Below are positions 38,131 to 50,060 of a stretch of 64,000 bases of DNA, one piece after another. How positions within the stretch are numbered: the stretch's first letter is position 1; every line of letters starts with the position of its first letter. The translations under genes were made by a program, and so were the position numbers. The notes under the pieces were generated by a model, which saw nothing but the letters and a program-made list of their open reading frames with translations, was not told where the DNA came from and searched no databases. Source of the DNA: Mobula hypostoma (taxonomy: Eukaryota); contig NC_086107.1 in NCBI RefSeq assembly GCF_963921235.1, positions 113,214,001 to 113,278,000 of the forward strand, given 5' to 3'.

Positions 38131-38384
38131 CCCCTCCTGCAATAAACCCCCACCCACAATAACCCCAATAAACTATACCTCTAGCAATAAACTCCCCTCA
38201 ATAAACTCTCTCCCGCAATATACAACCCCCATAATAAACCACCCCTAAACAATAAATACCCTTTCCCCCAATGAACATCCCCACAAAAAAAATCCCCCTC
38301 CCACAATATACACAATCTCCTTCGATAAAAGGCTGAAGTACCAATCGCCACCAATTGGTACTACCAATCAAGTACCAAAGAGAG

Positions 38385-38730
38385 CTGTAACCCTCTCCCA
38401 GGAATCTGTCATTCTGTATATAAATCCCTGAACCCCTGCATTAGATCCCAGCCTGTAACCCACTCCCATGGATTTGTTATTCTGTATATAAACTCCTGAA
38501 CCCCTGGATTAGATACCACCCTGTAACCTATTCCCAGGGATCTATTATTCTGTATATGAACCCCTGGATTAGATCCCAGCCTGTAACCCACTCCCAGAGA
38601 TCTGTTATTCTGTATAGAAACTCCCGGATTAGATCCAAGCCTGTAATCCACTCCCAGGGATCTGTTATTCGATACAATAAACCCCTGAAGCCCTGGTTTA
38701 GCTCACACCCCGTAACCCTCTCCCGGGGTA
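38385..38730. repeat. ~60-70-bp tandem repeat; resumes at ~41078-41190
   Basis: CTGTAACCCACTCCCAGGGATCTGTTATTCTGTATA...TGGATTAGATCCCAGC units. Confidence 0.85.
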
Positions 38731-39214
38731 GCTGAGAGGATTGTGGAGATATTAGTAATGATCTTTTAAGCATCACTAGATTCTGGAGTGGCTCCTGTGG
38801 ACTGGAAAATTGCAGATGCTTAAGGGGAGGCAGAAGAAAGGAAACAATAGGCCAGTTATCCTGACTTCAGTGGTTAGGTAGATGTTGGAGTCCATTAATG
38901 ATGAGGCTCAGAGGCACACGAGAAAACAGGCCAATGTCCACCTGGTTTCCTTAGAGAGAAATTTTGCCTGAAAATCTATTGGAATTCTTTAAGGAAATAA
39001 CAAGCATGATAGACAAAGGAGAGTCAGAGGAAGTTGTACACTCGGATTTTCACAAGGCCTTTGACAAGATACCGCACATGAGGCTGCTTAACAGGATAAG
39101 AGCCCGTGGTATTACAAGAAAGACACAAGCATGGATAGAGCATTGGCTGGTTGGCAGGAGGCAAAGACTGGGAATAAAAGGAGCCTTCTCTGGTTGGCTC
39201 TAATGATTAGTGAT

Positions 39215-39750
39215 ACATAGAAACATAGAAAATAGGTGCAGGAGTAGGCCATTCGGCCCTTCGAGCCTGCACCGCCATTTATTATGATCATGGCTGATCA
39301 TCCAACTCAGAACCCCGCCCCAACCTTCCCTCCATACCCCCTGATCCCCGTAGCCACAAGGGCCATATCTAACTCCCTCTTAAATATAGCCAATGAACTG
39401 GCCTCAACTGTTTCCTGTGGCAGAGAATTCCACAGATTCACCACTCTCTGTGTGAAGAAGTTTTTCCTAATCTCGGTCCTAAAAGGCTTCCCCTTTATCC
39501 TCAAACTGTGACCCCTCGTTCTGGACTTCCCCAACATCGGGAACAATCTTCCTGCATCTAGCCTGTCCAATCCCTTTAGGATTTTATACGTTTCAATCAG
39601 ATCCCCCCTCAATCTTCTAAATTCCAACGAGTACAAGCCCAGTTCATCCAGTCTTTCATCATATGAAAGTCCTGCCATCCCAGGAATCAATCTGGTGAAC
39701 CTTCTTTGTACTCCCTCTATGGCAAGGATGTCTTTCCTCAGATTAGGGGA
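39215..39750 (-). mobile_element. CR1 3' fragment (young), nested in an older plus-strand CR1 (about 38730-39990)
   Basis: Near-identical to the 51157 copy; flanks carry decayed RT motifs (DFHKAFDK, LADDTK). Confidence 0.93.
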
Positions 39751-41297
39751 TGTTCCACTTCTTTTCACATTATATTTCAACATTTCAATGACAGAATTGA
39801 AAGCCTTGAATCCAAGCTTGCAGATGATACTAAAATAGGTGGAGGTGCAGGTATCGTTGAGGAAGCAATGTCTGCAGAAGGACTTAGATCGGGAGAATGA
39901 GAAAATGGGCAGAGAAGTGGCAGATGGAAGACAGTGGAAGGAAGTGTGTGGTCTTGCACTTTGGTAGAAGGAATAAAGGTGTGGACTATTGGCTGGCCTG
40001 AGTTGTTCTCTGATCTTGGCAATCCATTTGCAAACGTTTAGTGACCATGCGAGGACACATTAGCAGCGCGCTGGTGATTGTGGGGTGCGGTCTGAACGCC
40101 TGGCCTTTACGTACTTTTCAATCAGCTGATTGGTTGTCGTTACAGAAACTGTGACATGGGGAAGAAATCCCGTCACTGGTTGCCTGTGTGGCGAACTTTG
40201 TTTGTTGTGCTCTGGAATCTTGCCCGCATCGGCTCATAAATAGGATCGAGATCTATGTGTTCCTTTATAGAATTGTTCGTGGAAAACCAAGGGAAATGCC
40301 AGGCGTTCGGGGAACACAACATAATCACAAGCGCACTGACAATGTCTCCTCACACGGCGATGAAGCGTTTGCAAGTAAATTGCCAAGATCGGAGAACAGC
40401 TGAACCCAACCATCGTCCACATCTCACGCATTATTTCCAGCGTAGACTATTTTCTAAACAGCGAGAAGATTCAAAAATCAGGTTGAGTCGGTGGTAAGGA
40501 AGGTAAATACAAGGTTAGCATTCATTGCAAGAGGATGAGGTTATAAAAGCAAGGCTGAAATGCGTAGCTTTACAAGGCATTGGGTGGACTGCTCTTGGAG
40601 CATTTTAGGCCCCTTATCCAAGATGTGCTGGTATAGGAGATTGTCCAGTGCAGATTCACAAGAATGATCCCATGAATGAAAGGGTCTGATGACTCTAGGC
40701 CTCAGCTTGCTGGAGTTTGGAAGAATGAGGGGGGAAATCTCACTGAAATCGGTCGAATATTGAAAGTAGCACACACAAAATGCTGGAGGAACTCAGCAGG
40801 TCAGGCCTGAATAAACAGTCGAGGTTCTGGGCCGAGAACCGTCAATTCTGAAGAAAGGTCTTGGCCCGAAACGTTGGTGAATTGTTACAGATGACAGTGG
40901 TGGCTAACTCATTGAGCATATTTTAAAGCGGAGGTTGATAGGTTCTTGATAGGCAAGACATCAAGGATTACAGGGAGGAGGCAGGAGAATGGGGTTGAGA
41001 GGGATAATAAATCAGCCATGATGGAATGGCAGTAGACTCAATGGGCCGAATGGCCTGATATGCTCCAATCTCTTATGGATCTGTTATTATGTACATAAAC
41101 CACTGAAGTCCTGGATTAGATTCCAGCCTGCAACTCACTCCCAGGGACCTGTTTTACTAAATATAAACTCCAACCCCCCGGATTATCTAATCTACATTGT
41201 GTGTTCTACATTGAGACCCCTGGGTTCGTGGATTCACTGGGTTCCGGCAGCACCCCAGCACCCACAATCATCAGCCAGCAGGGAGGGTAATGCTCAC

Positions 41298-41470
41298 CAG
41301 GGTCCCCTGCCACTGGTGCGCCAGGCCCCTCCGTGGCGCTTGCCCGCGTTGTGCTGCCTGACCCTCCTCTGTGGGTTCACCGTGAACCCGATGTAGACGC
41401 GGCCCTGGAACTTGGGGTTTCTGCACAGCAGAAGGTAGACGCCGTAGAAATGTCCGCGTTCGCCCACCAT
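41298..41470 (-). CDS. SLX1: SLX1 coding exon 1 (GIY-YIG N-terminus)
   Basis: Manual translation [57 protein letters not shown](W) matches the SLX1 GIY-YIG motif (FxGVYLL...YIGFTVN..RR..QHN.G...[12 protein letters not shown]). Acceptor cctctccctcag lies 5 nt before the ATG; donor TG|gtgag, phase 2. Confidence 0.97.
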
Positions 41471-42016
41471 TGCTCCTGAGGGAGAGGACAGAGAGTGGTG
41501 GGAAGTGGGGTATCAGAGAGGGGTAGAGGGCTCAGGAAGACAGGGGGAGCGGTCAGCGGGTAGACAGACATTGTAGAAATGTCTGGGTTCGCATACCATC
41601 GTTCCCGAGGAGGAGGATAGAGTGCTGACTGAGAGTGGTGGGTGGTGGGGTGTCAGAAAGGAGTGTGGGACACAGAGCGACAGGGAAGTGGGGGTTAGAG
41701 AGAAGGCATGGTAGAAATGTCCGTGCTCACTCGACAGCGTTCCCAAGGACAGAGGGTCACTGGATGACAGGGGTTCTGAGTGATGGGGAGGGGGTAGTTG
41801 AGACACATAGGGAGGGGATTCAGAGAGATCGGGAGACAACGAAGAAATGACTGCCCTCCCCCAACTTTGCTCCTGTGCAAGAGGGTGTGAGCGTGAACTG
41901 AGAGCAGGTGGCAGGGGGGTGTTCCACAGGGATAGGGAGAGGCAAGGGAGGGATCAGAGAGATTGGTCACAGGAAGAGAGAGAGTCTCATTGACAAAAGA
42001 AATGGAAATGGGGAAG

Positions 42017-42578
42017 CAACACACATCAAAGTTGCCGGTGAACGCAGCAGGCCAGGCAGCATCTATAGGAAGAGGCGCAGTCGACGTTTCGGGCCGAGAC
42101 CCTTCGTCAGGACTAACTGAAGGAAGAGTGAGTAAGGGATTTGAAAGTTGGAGGGGGAGGGGGAGATGCAAAATGATAGGAGAAGACAGGAGGGGGAGGG
42201 ATGGAGCCGAGAGCTGGACAGGTGATTGGCAAAAGGGGATACGAGAGGATCATGGGACAGGAGGTCCGGGAAGAAAGACGGGAGGGGGTGACCCAGAGGA
42301 TGGGCAAGAGGTATATTCAGATGGACAAAGGGAGAAAAAGGAGAGTGAGAGAAAGAATGTGTGCATAAAAATGAGTAACAGATGGGGTACGAGGGGGAGG
42401 TGGGGCATTAGCGGAAGTTCGAGAAGTCAATGTTCATGCCATCAGGTTGGAGGCTACCCAGACGGAATATAAGGTGTTGTTCCTCCAACCTGAGTGTGGC
42501 TTCATCTTTACAGTAGAGGAGGCCGTGGATAGACATGTCAGAATGGGAATGGGACGTGGAATTAAAATGTGTGGCCAC
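42017..42578 (-). mobile_element. Young 5'-truncated Penelope-like element in the SLX1 5' intron
   Basis: GIY-YIG C-term coding sequence (about 42420-42578) plus pLTR; TSD TGGGGAAG at 42009-42016 and 42579-42586. Confidence 0.88.
42078..42115 (-). ncRNA. Minimal type-I hammerhead ribozyme motif (Penelope pLTR)
   Basis: Minus-strand RNA UAGUC-CUGACGA-AGGGUCUCGGCCC-GAAA-CGUC-GACUG: conserved core, stem I AGUC/GACU, stem II, palindromic ACGU stem III. Confidence 0.8.
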
Positions 42579-42589
42579 TGGGGAAGGAT

Positions 42590-45500
42590 GTAGGCTGGGG
42601 AGGAGGTGACAGAGATGGAGTGGGGCGTAAGGGAGGGGTGATGGAGACAGGGATGGGTGGACGGAGACGGGGAGGGGCGTAAGGGAGGGAGGGGTGGCTG
42701 AGACGAGGAGGAGTGTAAGGGAGGGTGGGAGTGGTGGAGATGGGAAGAGGTGTAGGGGGTGATGGGTGTTGGAGACGAGGAGGGGTGTAAGGGAGGGAGG
42801 GGTGATAGGGACAGGGAGGGGTGTAGAGGAGTGAGGGGTGACGGAGACGGGGAGGGGTGTGGGGGGGTGACAGAGACGGGGAGGGGTGTAGGGGGGGTGA
42901 GAGCGACGGGGAGGGGTGTAGGGGGTGACAGAGATGGGGAGGGATGTAAGGGAGGGAGGGGTGATGGAGATGGGGAGGGGTATGGGGGGGTGAGGGGTAA
43001 TGGAGATGGGGAGGGGTGTAGGGGAGTGACGGGGAGGGATTTAGGGGAGTAATTGGGTTGGGGAGGGGATAATGGAGACGGGGGCTGGTGTAGGGGAGTT
43101 GAAGGGTGATGGAGACGGGGAGGGGTGTAGGGGGTGATGGAGTTGAAGAGGAGTATAGGGGACTGAGGGGTGATGGAGACGGGGAGGAGTATAGGGGAGT
43201 AAGGGGTGACAGAGTTGAGGAGGGGTATAGGGGAGTGAGGGGTGATGGAGACGGGGAGGGGTGTAAGGGAGGGAATGGGTGATGTAGACGGGGAGAGGTA
43301 TAGGCCAGTGAGGGGGTGATGGAGACGGGGAGGGGTGTAGGGGAGTGAGGGGTGATGGGAGGTGATGGAGACGGGGAGGGGTGTAAGGGGGTGATGGGGA
43401 CGGGGAGGGGTGTAGGGGAGTTGAGGGGAGACGGAGACAGGGAGGGATGGAGGGGAGTGAGGGGGTGATGGAGACCGGGAGGGGTGTAGGGGGTGATGGA
43501 GTTGAGGGGGAGTATAGGGGAGTGAGGGGTGACAGAGTTGAGGAGGGGTATAGGGGAGTGAGGGGTGATGGGGAGGGGTGTAGGGGTGACGGAGACGGGG
43601 AGGGGTGTAGGGGGGTGATGGGGACGGGGAGGGGTGTAGGGGAGTGACGGGGAGGGATTTAGGGGGTAATAGGGTTGGGGAGGGGATGAAGGAGACAGGG
43701 GCGGGTGTAGGGGAGTTGAGGGGTGATGGAGATGAGGAGGGGTGTAGGGGAGTTGAGGGGAGACGGAGACGGGGAGGGGTGTAGGGGAGTGAGGGGGTAA
43801 TGGAGACCGGGAGGGGTGTAGGAGGTGACGGAGTTGAGGAGTATAGGGGAGTGAGGGGTGACAGAGTTGAGGAGGGGTATAGGGGAATGAGGGGTGATGG
43901 GGAGGGGTGTAGGGGTGACGGAGACGGGGAGGGGTATAGGGGAGTGAGGGGTGATGGGGAGGGGTGTAGGGGGTTGACGGAGATGGGGAGGGGCTAGGGG
44001 GGTGATGGGGATGGGGAGGGGTGTAGGGGATGATGGGGACGGGGAGGGGTGTAGGGCGGTGATGGGGACGGGGAGGGGTGTAGGGGGTGATGGGGGAGGG
44101 GTGTAGGGGGGTGATGGGGATGGGGAGGGGTGTAGGGGGTGACGGGGAGGTGTGTAGGGGATGATGGAGATGGGGAGGGGTATAGGGGGTGATGGGGACG
44201 GGGAGGGGTGTAGGGGTGTTGCTGGGGACGGGGAGGGGTGTAGGGGGGTGATGGGGACGGGGAAGGGGAGGGGGGTGACGGGGGGGTGATGGGGACGGGT
44301 TGGTGTGTAGGGGGTGATGGGGACAGGGAGGGGTGTAGGGGGGTGATGGGGACGGGGAGGGGTGTAGGAGTGTTGATGGGGACGGGGAGGGGTGTATGGG
44401 GGTGATGGGGACGGGGAGGGGTGTAGGGGGATAATGGGGAAGGGGAGGAGGGGAGTGGGGAAGGGGTGACGGGGGAGGGGTGTAGGGGGGAGGGGGTGAT
44501 GGGGGAGGGGTATAGGGGGGTGATAGGGACGGGGAGGGGTGTAGGGGGGAGGGAGTGATGGGGGGAGGGGTATAGGGGGGTTATGGGGATGGGGAGGGGT
44601 GTAGGGGGTGACAGGGGGAGGGGTGTAGGGGGGTGATGGGGACGGGGAGGGGTGTAGGGGGGAGGGGGTGACGGGGGGAGGGGTGTATGGGGGTGATGGG
44701 GACGGGGAGGGGTGTAGGGGGATGATGGGGAAGGGGAGGAGGGGAGTGGGGAAGGGGTGATGGGGGAGGGGTGTAGGGGGGAGGGGGTGATGGGGGGAGG
44801 GGTATAGGGGGTGATAGGGACGGGGAGGGGTGTAGGGGGGAGGGAGTGATGGGGGAGGGGTATAGGGGGGTTATGGGGACGGGGAGGGGTGTAGGGGGTG
44901 ACAGGGGGAGGGGTGTAGGGGGGTGATGGGGACGGGGAGGGGTGTAGGGGGGAGGGGGTGACGGGGGGAGGGGTGTAGGGGGGTGATGGGGACGGGGGAT
45001 GGGTGCAGGGGGGAGGGGTGTAGGGGGGTGATGGGGACGGGGAGGGGTGTAGGGGGGGAGGGGGTGACGGGGGAGGGGTGTAGGGGGGTGATGGGGATGG
45101 GGAGGGGTGTAGGGGGGAGGGGGTGACGGGGGAGGGGTGTAGGGGGGTGATGGGGACGGGGAGAGGTGTAGGGGGTGACGGGGGGAGGGGCATAGGGGGT
45201 GATGGGGACAGGGAGGGGTGTAGGGGGTGACGGGGGGAGGGGTGTAGGGGGGAGGGGTATGGGGGGTGATGGGGATGGGGAGGGGTGTAGGGGGAGGGGT
45301 GTAGGGGGGAGATGGGGACGGGGAGGGGTGTAGGGGGGAGGGGGTGACGGGGGAGGGGTGTAGGGGGTGATGGGTAGGGGGAGGGGTGTAGGGGGGTGAT
45401 GGGGACGGGGAGGGGTGTAGGGGGGTGATGGGGACGGGGAGGGGGTGACGGGGGGACGGGTGTAGGGGGGTGATGGGGACGGGGAGGGGGTGTAGGGGGG

Positions 45501-48500
45501 AGGGGTGTAGGGGGTGATGGGTCGGGGAGGGGTGTAGGGGGGTGATGGGGACGGGGAGGGGTGTAGGGGAGGGGTGTAGGGGGTGATGGGGACAGGGAGG
45601 GGTGACGGGGGGACAGGGGTAGGGGGAGGGGTGTAGGGGGGTGATGGGGACAGGGAGGGGTGACGGGGGGACGGGTGTAGGGGAGGGGTGTAGGGTGGTG
45701 ATGGGGACGGGGAGGGGTGTAGGGGGGTGATGGGGACGGGGAGGAGGTGACCGGGGAGGGGTGTAGGGGGGAAGGGGTGTAGGGGGAGGGGTGTAGGGGG
45801 GTGATGGGGACGGGGAGGGGGTGACAGGGGAGGGGGTGTAGGGGGGAGGGGTGTAGGGGGGAAGGGGTGACGGGGGAGGGGTATAGGGGGTGATGGAGAC
45901 GGGGAGGGGTGTAGGGGGTGATGGGGGGAGGGGTGTAGGGGGGTGATGGGGACGGGGAGGGGTGTAGGGGGGAGGGGGTGACGGGGGAGGGGTGTAGGGG
46001 GGTGATGGGGACGGGGAGGGGTGTAGGGGGGTGATGGGGACGGGGAAGGGGAGGGGGGTGACGAGGACGGGTTGGTGTGTAGGGGGTGATGGGGACAGGG
46101 AGGGGTGTAGGGGGGTGATGGGGACTGGGAGGGGTGTAGGAGTGTTGATGGGGACGGGGAGGGGTGTATGGGGGTGATGGGGACGGGGAGGGGTGTAGGG
46201 GGATGATGGGGAAGGGGTGGAGGGGAGGGGGGAAGGGGTGACGGGGGAGGGGTGTAGGGGGGGAGGGGGTGACGGGGGGGAGTGGTATAGGGGGGTGATG
46301 GGGACGGGGAGGGGTGTAGGGGGGGAGGTGGTGACGGGGGAGGGGTATAGGGGGGTTATGGGGACGGGGAGGGGTGTAGGGGGTGAGGGGTGTAGGGGGG
46401 TGATGGGGACGGGGAGGGGTGTAGGGGGGGAGGGGGTGACGGGGGGAGGGGTGTAGGGGGGTGATGGGGACGGGGGATGGGTGTAGGGGGGAGGGGTGTA
46501 GGGGGGTGATGGGGACGGGGAGGGGTGTAGGGGGGAGGGGGTGACGGGGGAGGGGTGTAGGGGGGTGATGGGGACGGGGGAGGGGTGTAGGGGTGATGGG
46601 GACGGGGTGTAGGGGATGACGGGGGGAGGGGTATAGGGGGTGATGGGGACAGGGAGGGGTGTAGGGGGTGACGGGGGGAGGGGTGTAGGGGGTGATGGGG
46701 ACGGGGAGGGGGTGACGGGGAGGGGGTGACGGGAGAGGGGTGTAGGGGGGAGGGGGTGACGGGGGGAGGGGGTGTAGGGGGGAGGGGTATAGGGGGGTGA
46801 TGGGGACGGGGAGGGGTGTAGGGGGTAGGGGTGTAGGGGGGTGATGGGGACGGGGAGGGGTGTAGGGGGTAGGGGTGTAGGGGGGTGATGGGTAGGGGGA
46901 GGGGTGTAGGGGGTAGGGGTGTAGGGGGAGGGGTGTAGGGGGGTGATGGGGACGGGGAGGGGTGTAGGGGGGAGGGGTGCAGGTGGGAGGGGTGTAGGGG
47001 GGTGATGGGGACGGGGAGGGGGGAAGGGGTGACGGGGGTAGGGGTGTAGGTGGGTGATGGGGACGGGGAGGGGGTGACGGGGAGGGGTGTAGGGGGTGAC
47101 GGGTGTAGGGGGGTGATGGGGACGGGAAGGGGTGTAGGGGGAGGGGGTGACGGGGGAGGGGTGTAGGGGGTTGATGGGGACGGGGAGGGGTGACGGGGGG
47201 GACGGGTGTAGGGGGGAGGGGTGTAGGGGGGTGATGGGGACGGGGAGGGGGTGACAGGGGAGGGGGTGTAGGGGGGAGGGGTGTAGGGGGTGATGGGTCG
47301 GGGAGGGGTGTAGGGGGGAGGGGGTGACGGGGGAGGGGTATAGGGGGTGATGGGGACAGGGAGGTGTGTAGGGGGGAGGGGGTGATGGGGGAGGGGTGTA
47401 GGGGGGTGATGGGACGGGGAGGGGTTAGGGGGGAGGGGTGACGGGGGAGGGGTGTAGGGGGGTGATGGGGACGGGGAGGGGTGATGGGGGGACGGGTGTA
47501 GGGGGAGGGGTGTAGGGGGGTGATGGGGACGGGGAGGGGTGTAGGGGGGTGATGGGGACGGGGAAGGGGAGGGGGGTGACGGGGACGGGTTGGTGTGTAG
47601 GGGGTGATGGGGACAGGGAGGGGTGTAGGGGGGTGATGGGGACGGGGAGGGGTGTAGGAGTGTTGATGGGGACGGGGAGGGGTGTATGGGGGTGATGGGG
47701 ACGGGGAGGGGTGTAGGGGGATGATGGGGAAGGGGTGGAGGGGAGGGGGAAGGGGTGACGGGGGAGGGGTGTAGGGGGGAGGGGGTGACGGGGGGAGTGG
47801 TATAGGGGGTGATGGGGACGGGGAGGGGTGTAGGGGGGGAGGGGGTGACGGGGGAGGGGTATGGGGGGTTATGGGGACGGGGAGGGGTGTAGGGGGTGAG
47901 GGGTGTAGGGGGGTGATGGGGACGGGGAGGGGTGTAGGGGGAGGGGGTGACGGGGGGAGGGGTGTAGGGGGGTGATGGGGACGGGGGATGGGTGTAGGGG
48001 GGAGGGGTGTAGGGGGGTGATGGGGACGGGAGGGGTGTAGGGGGGAGGGGGTGACGGGGGAGGGGTGTAGGGGGGTGATGGGGACGGGGAGGGGTGTAGG
48101 GGATGACGGGGGAGGGGTATAGGGGGTGATGGGGACAGGGAGGGGTGTAGGGGTGACGGGGGGGGTGTAGGGGGTGATGGGGATGGGGAGGGGGTGACGG
48201 GGGAGGGGTGTAGGGGGGAGGGGGTGACGGGAGAGGGGTGTAGGGGGGAGGGGGTGACGGGGGGAGGGGGTGTAGGGGGGAGGGGTATAGGGGGTGATGG
48301 GGACGGGGAGGGGTGTAGGGGGTAGGGGTGTAGGGGGGTGATGGGGACGGGGAGGGGTGTAGGGGGAGGGGGTGAAAGGGAGGGGTGTAGGGGGGTGATG
48401 GGTAGGGGAGGGGTGTAGGGGGTAGGGGGAGGGGTGTAGGGGGGTGATGGGGACGGGGAGGGGTGTAGGGGGGAGGGGTGCAGGTGGGAGGGGTGTAGGG

Positions 48501-49618
48501 GGGTGACGGGGGTAGGGGTGTAGGTGGGTGATGGGGACGGGGAGGGGGTGACGGGGAGGGGGGTGATGGGGACGGGGAGGGGGTGACGGGGAGGGGTGTA
48601 GGGGGTGACGGGTGTAGGGGGGTGATGGGGACGGGAAGGGGTGTAGGGGGGAGGGGTGTAGGGGGGTGATGGGGACGGGGAGGGGTGACGGGGGGACGGG
48701 TGTAGGGGGAGGGGTGTAGGGGGGTGATGGGGACGGGGAGGGGTGTAGGGGGGAGGGGGTGACGGGGGAGGGGTGTAGGGGGGTGATGGGGACGGGGAGG
48801 GGTGACGGGGGGACGGGTGTAGGGGAGGGGTGTAGGGGGGTGATGGGGACGGGGAGGGGTGTAGGGGGGAGGGGGTGACGGGAGAGGGGTGTAGGGGGGA
48901 GGGGGTGACGGGGGGAGGGGGTGTAGGGGGGAGGGGTATAGGGGGTGATGGGGACGGGGAGGGGTGTAGGGGGTAGGGGTGTAGGGGGGTGATGGGGACG
49001 GGGAGGGGTGTAGGGGGAGGGGGTGAAAGGGAGGGGTGTAGGGGGGTGATGGGTAGGGGAGGGGTGTAGGGGGTAGGGGGAGGGGTGTAGGGGGGTGATG
49101 GGGACGGGGAGGGGTGTAGGGGGGAGGGGTGCAGGTGGGAGGGGTGTAGGGGGGTGACGGGGGTAGGGGTGTAGGTGGGTGATGGGGACGGGGAGGGGGT
49201 GACGGGGAGGGGGGTGATGGGGACGGGGAGGGGGTGACGGGGAGGGGTGTAGGGGGTGACGGGTGTAGGGGGGTGATGGGGACGGGAAGGGGTGTAGGGG
49301 GGAGGGGTGTAGGGGGGTGATGGGGACGGGGAGGGGTGACGGGGGGACGGGTGTAGGGGGAGGGGTGTAGGGGGGTGATGGGGACGGGGAGGGGTGTAGG
49401 GGGGAGGGGGTGACGGGGGAGGGGTGTAGGGGGGTGATGGGGACGGGGAGGGGTGACGGGGGGACGGGTGTAGGGGAGGGGTGTAGGGGGGTGATGGGGA
49501 CGGGGAGGGGTGTAGGGGGGAGGGGGTGACGGGGGGAGGGGGTGACGGGGGGAGGGGTGTAGGGGGGTGATGGGGACGGGGAGGGGTGTAGGGGAGGGGT
49601 ATAGGCCAGTGAGGGGTG
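42590..49618 (+). repeat. ~7 kb G-rich satellite (GGGGTGATGGGGACGGGGAGGGGTGTAGG variants)
   Basis: Continuous G4-G6 runs with 1-5 nt spacers; the Pro-rich ORFs on minus are artefacts of it. Confidence 0.97.
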
Positions 49619-49739
49619 ACAGGAATTTGGGGTGGAGGACTGGGGAATCGGTGGATCAAGTTACTGGGATACTGCGCTGCATTCTGGGGCTTTGGGTATG
49701 TGGACGGTTAGAAATTTATTCTCCTCCTGTTCACTAGCC

Positions 49740-50060
49740 TCACCTCGAATGCAAACCAAAGCCTTTGCAAAATGCCGAATGCAGCCGAGGACAGTCCCTT
49801 CTCACACCGGCGGCCGCTCCGCGCCAACAGCCCGGATGCAATCCCGCCTTTTCCGTTTAATGAGTAGTAAAGGCCGTGGCCCCTTTAAGGAAAAGCCGGT
49901 AGCTCCGGTTTGCTTCCGCCCTCCCCTCTCCCAATGGCTATCTACGCGCAAAGCCGCGCCTCCATTGGCTGTGTTGCGCTGTCGATCATGCTGCGGGTCA
50001 GCGGACGGAAGTAAGGTCCTTTTCCGCCCCGCAGACCGCAGCGAGATGTTTCTAAAAGTG
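49740..50060. promoter_or_regulatory. CpG-rich bidirectional promoter with probable SLX1 5'UTR exon (-) and first exon of a divergent gene (+)
   Basis: CpG-dense unique island; opposed CCAAT boxes (CCAAT 49931, ATTGG 49964); ETS-like sites GCTTCCG 49912 and CGGAAGT 50006; minus donors AG|gtgagg (exon end 49744) and GT|gtgag (49806); plus donor |gtaagg at 50011. Confidence 0.75.
49988..50010 (+). CDS. Candidate first exon (ATG..., MLRVSGR or a uORF) of an unidentified divergent gene
   Basis: ATG at 49988 within the promoter island followed by donor gtaagg at 50011; product not recognised. Confidence 0.35.

Noticed and set aside
41298..42578. Functional link or fusion between the SLX1 GIY-YIG and the neighbouring Penelope GIY-YIG fragment
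   Set aside because: The Penelope piece is a truncated TSD-flanked insertion with no splice path to SLX1; proximity looks coincidental given the copy number.
43994..49659. 399-aa and 596-aa Pro-rich extensin-like ORFs
   Set aside because: Read-through of the C-rich strand of the satellite; no non-repeat domain.
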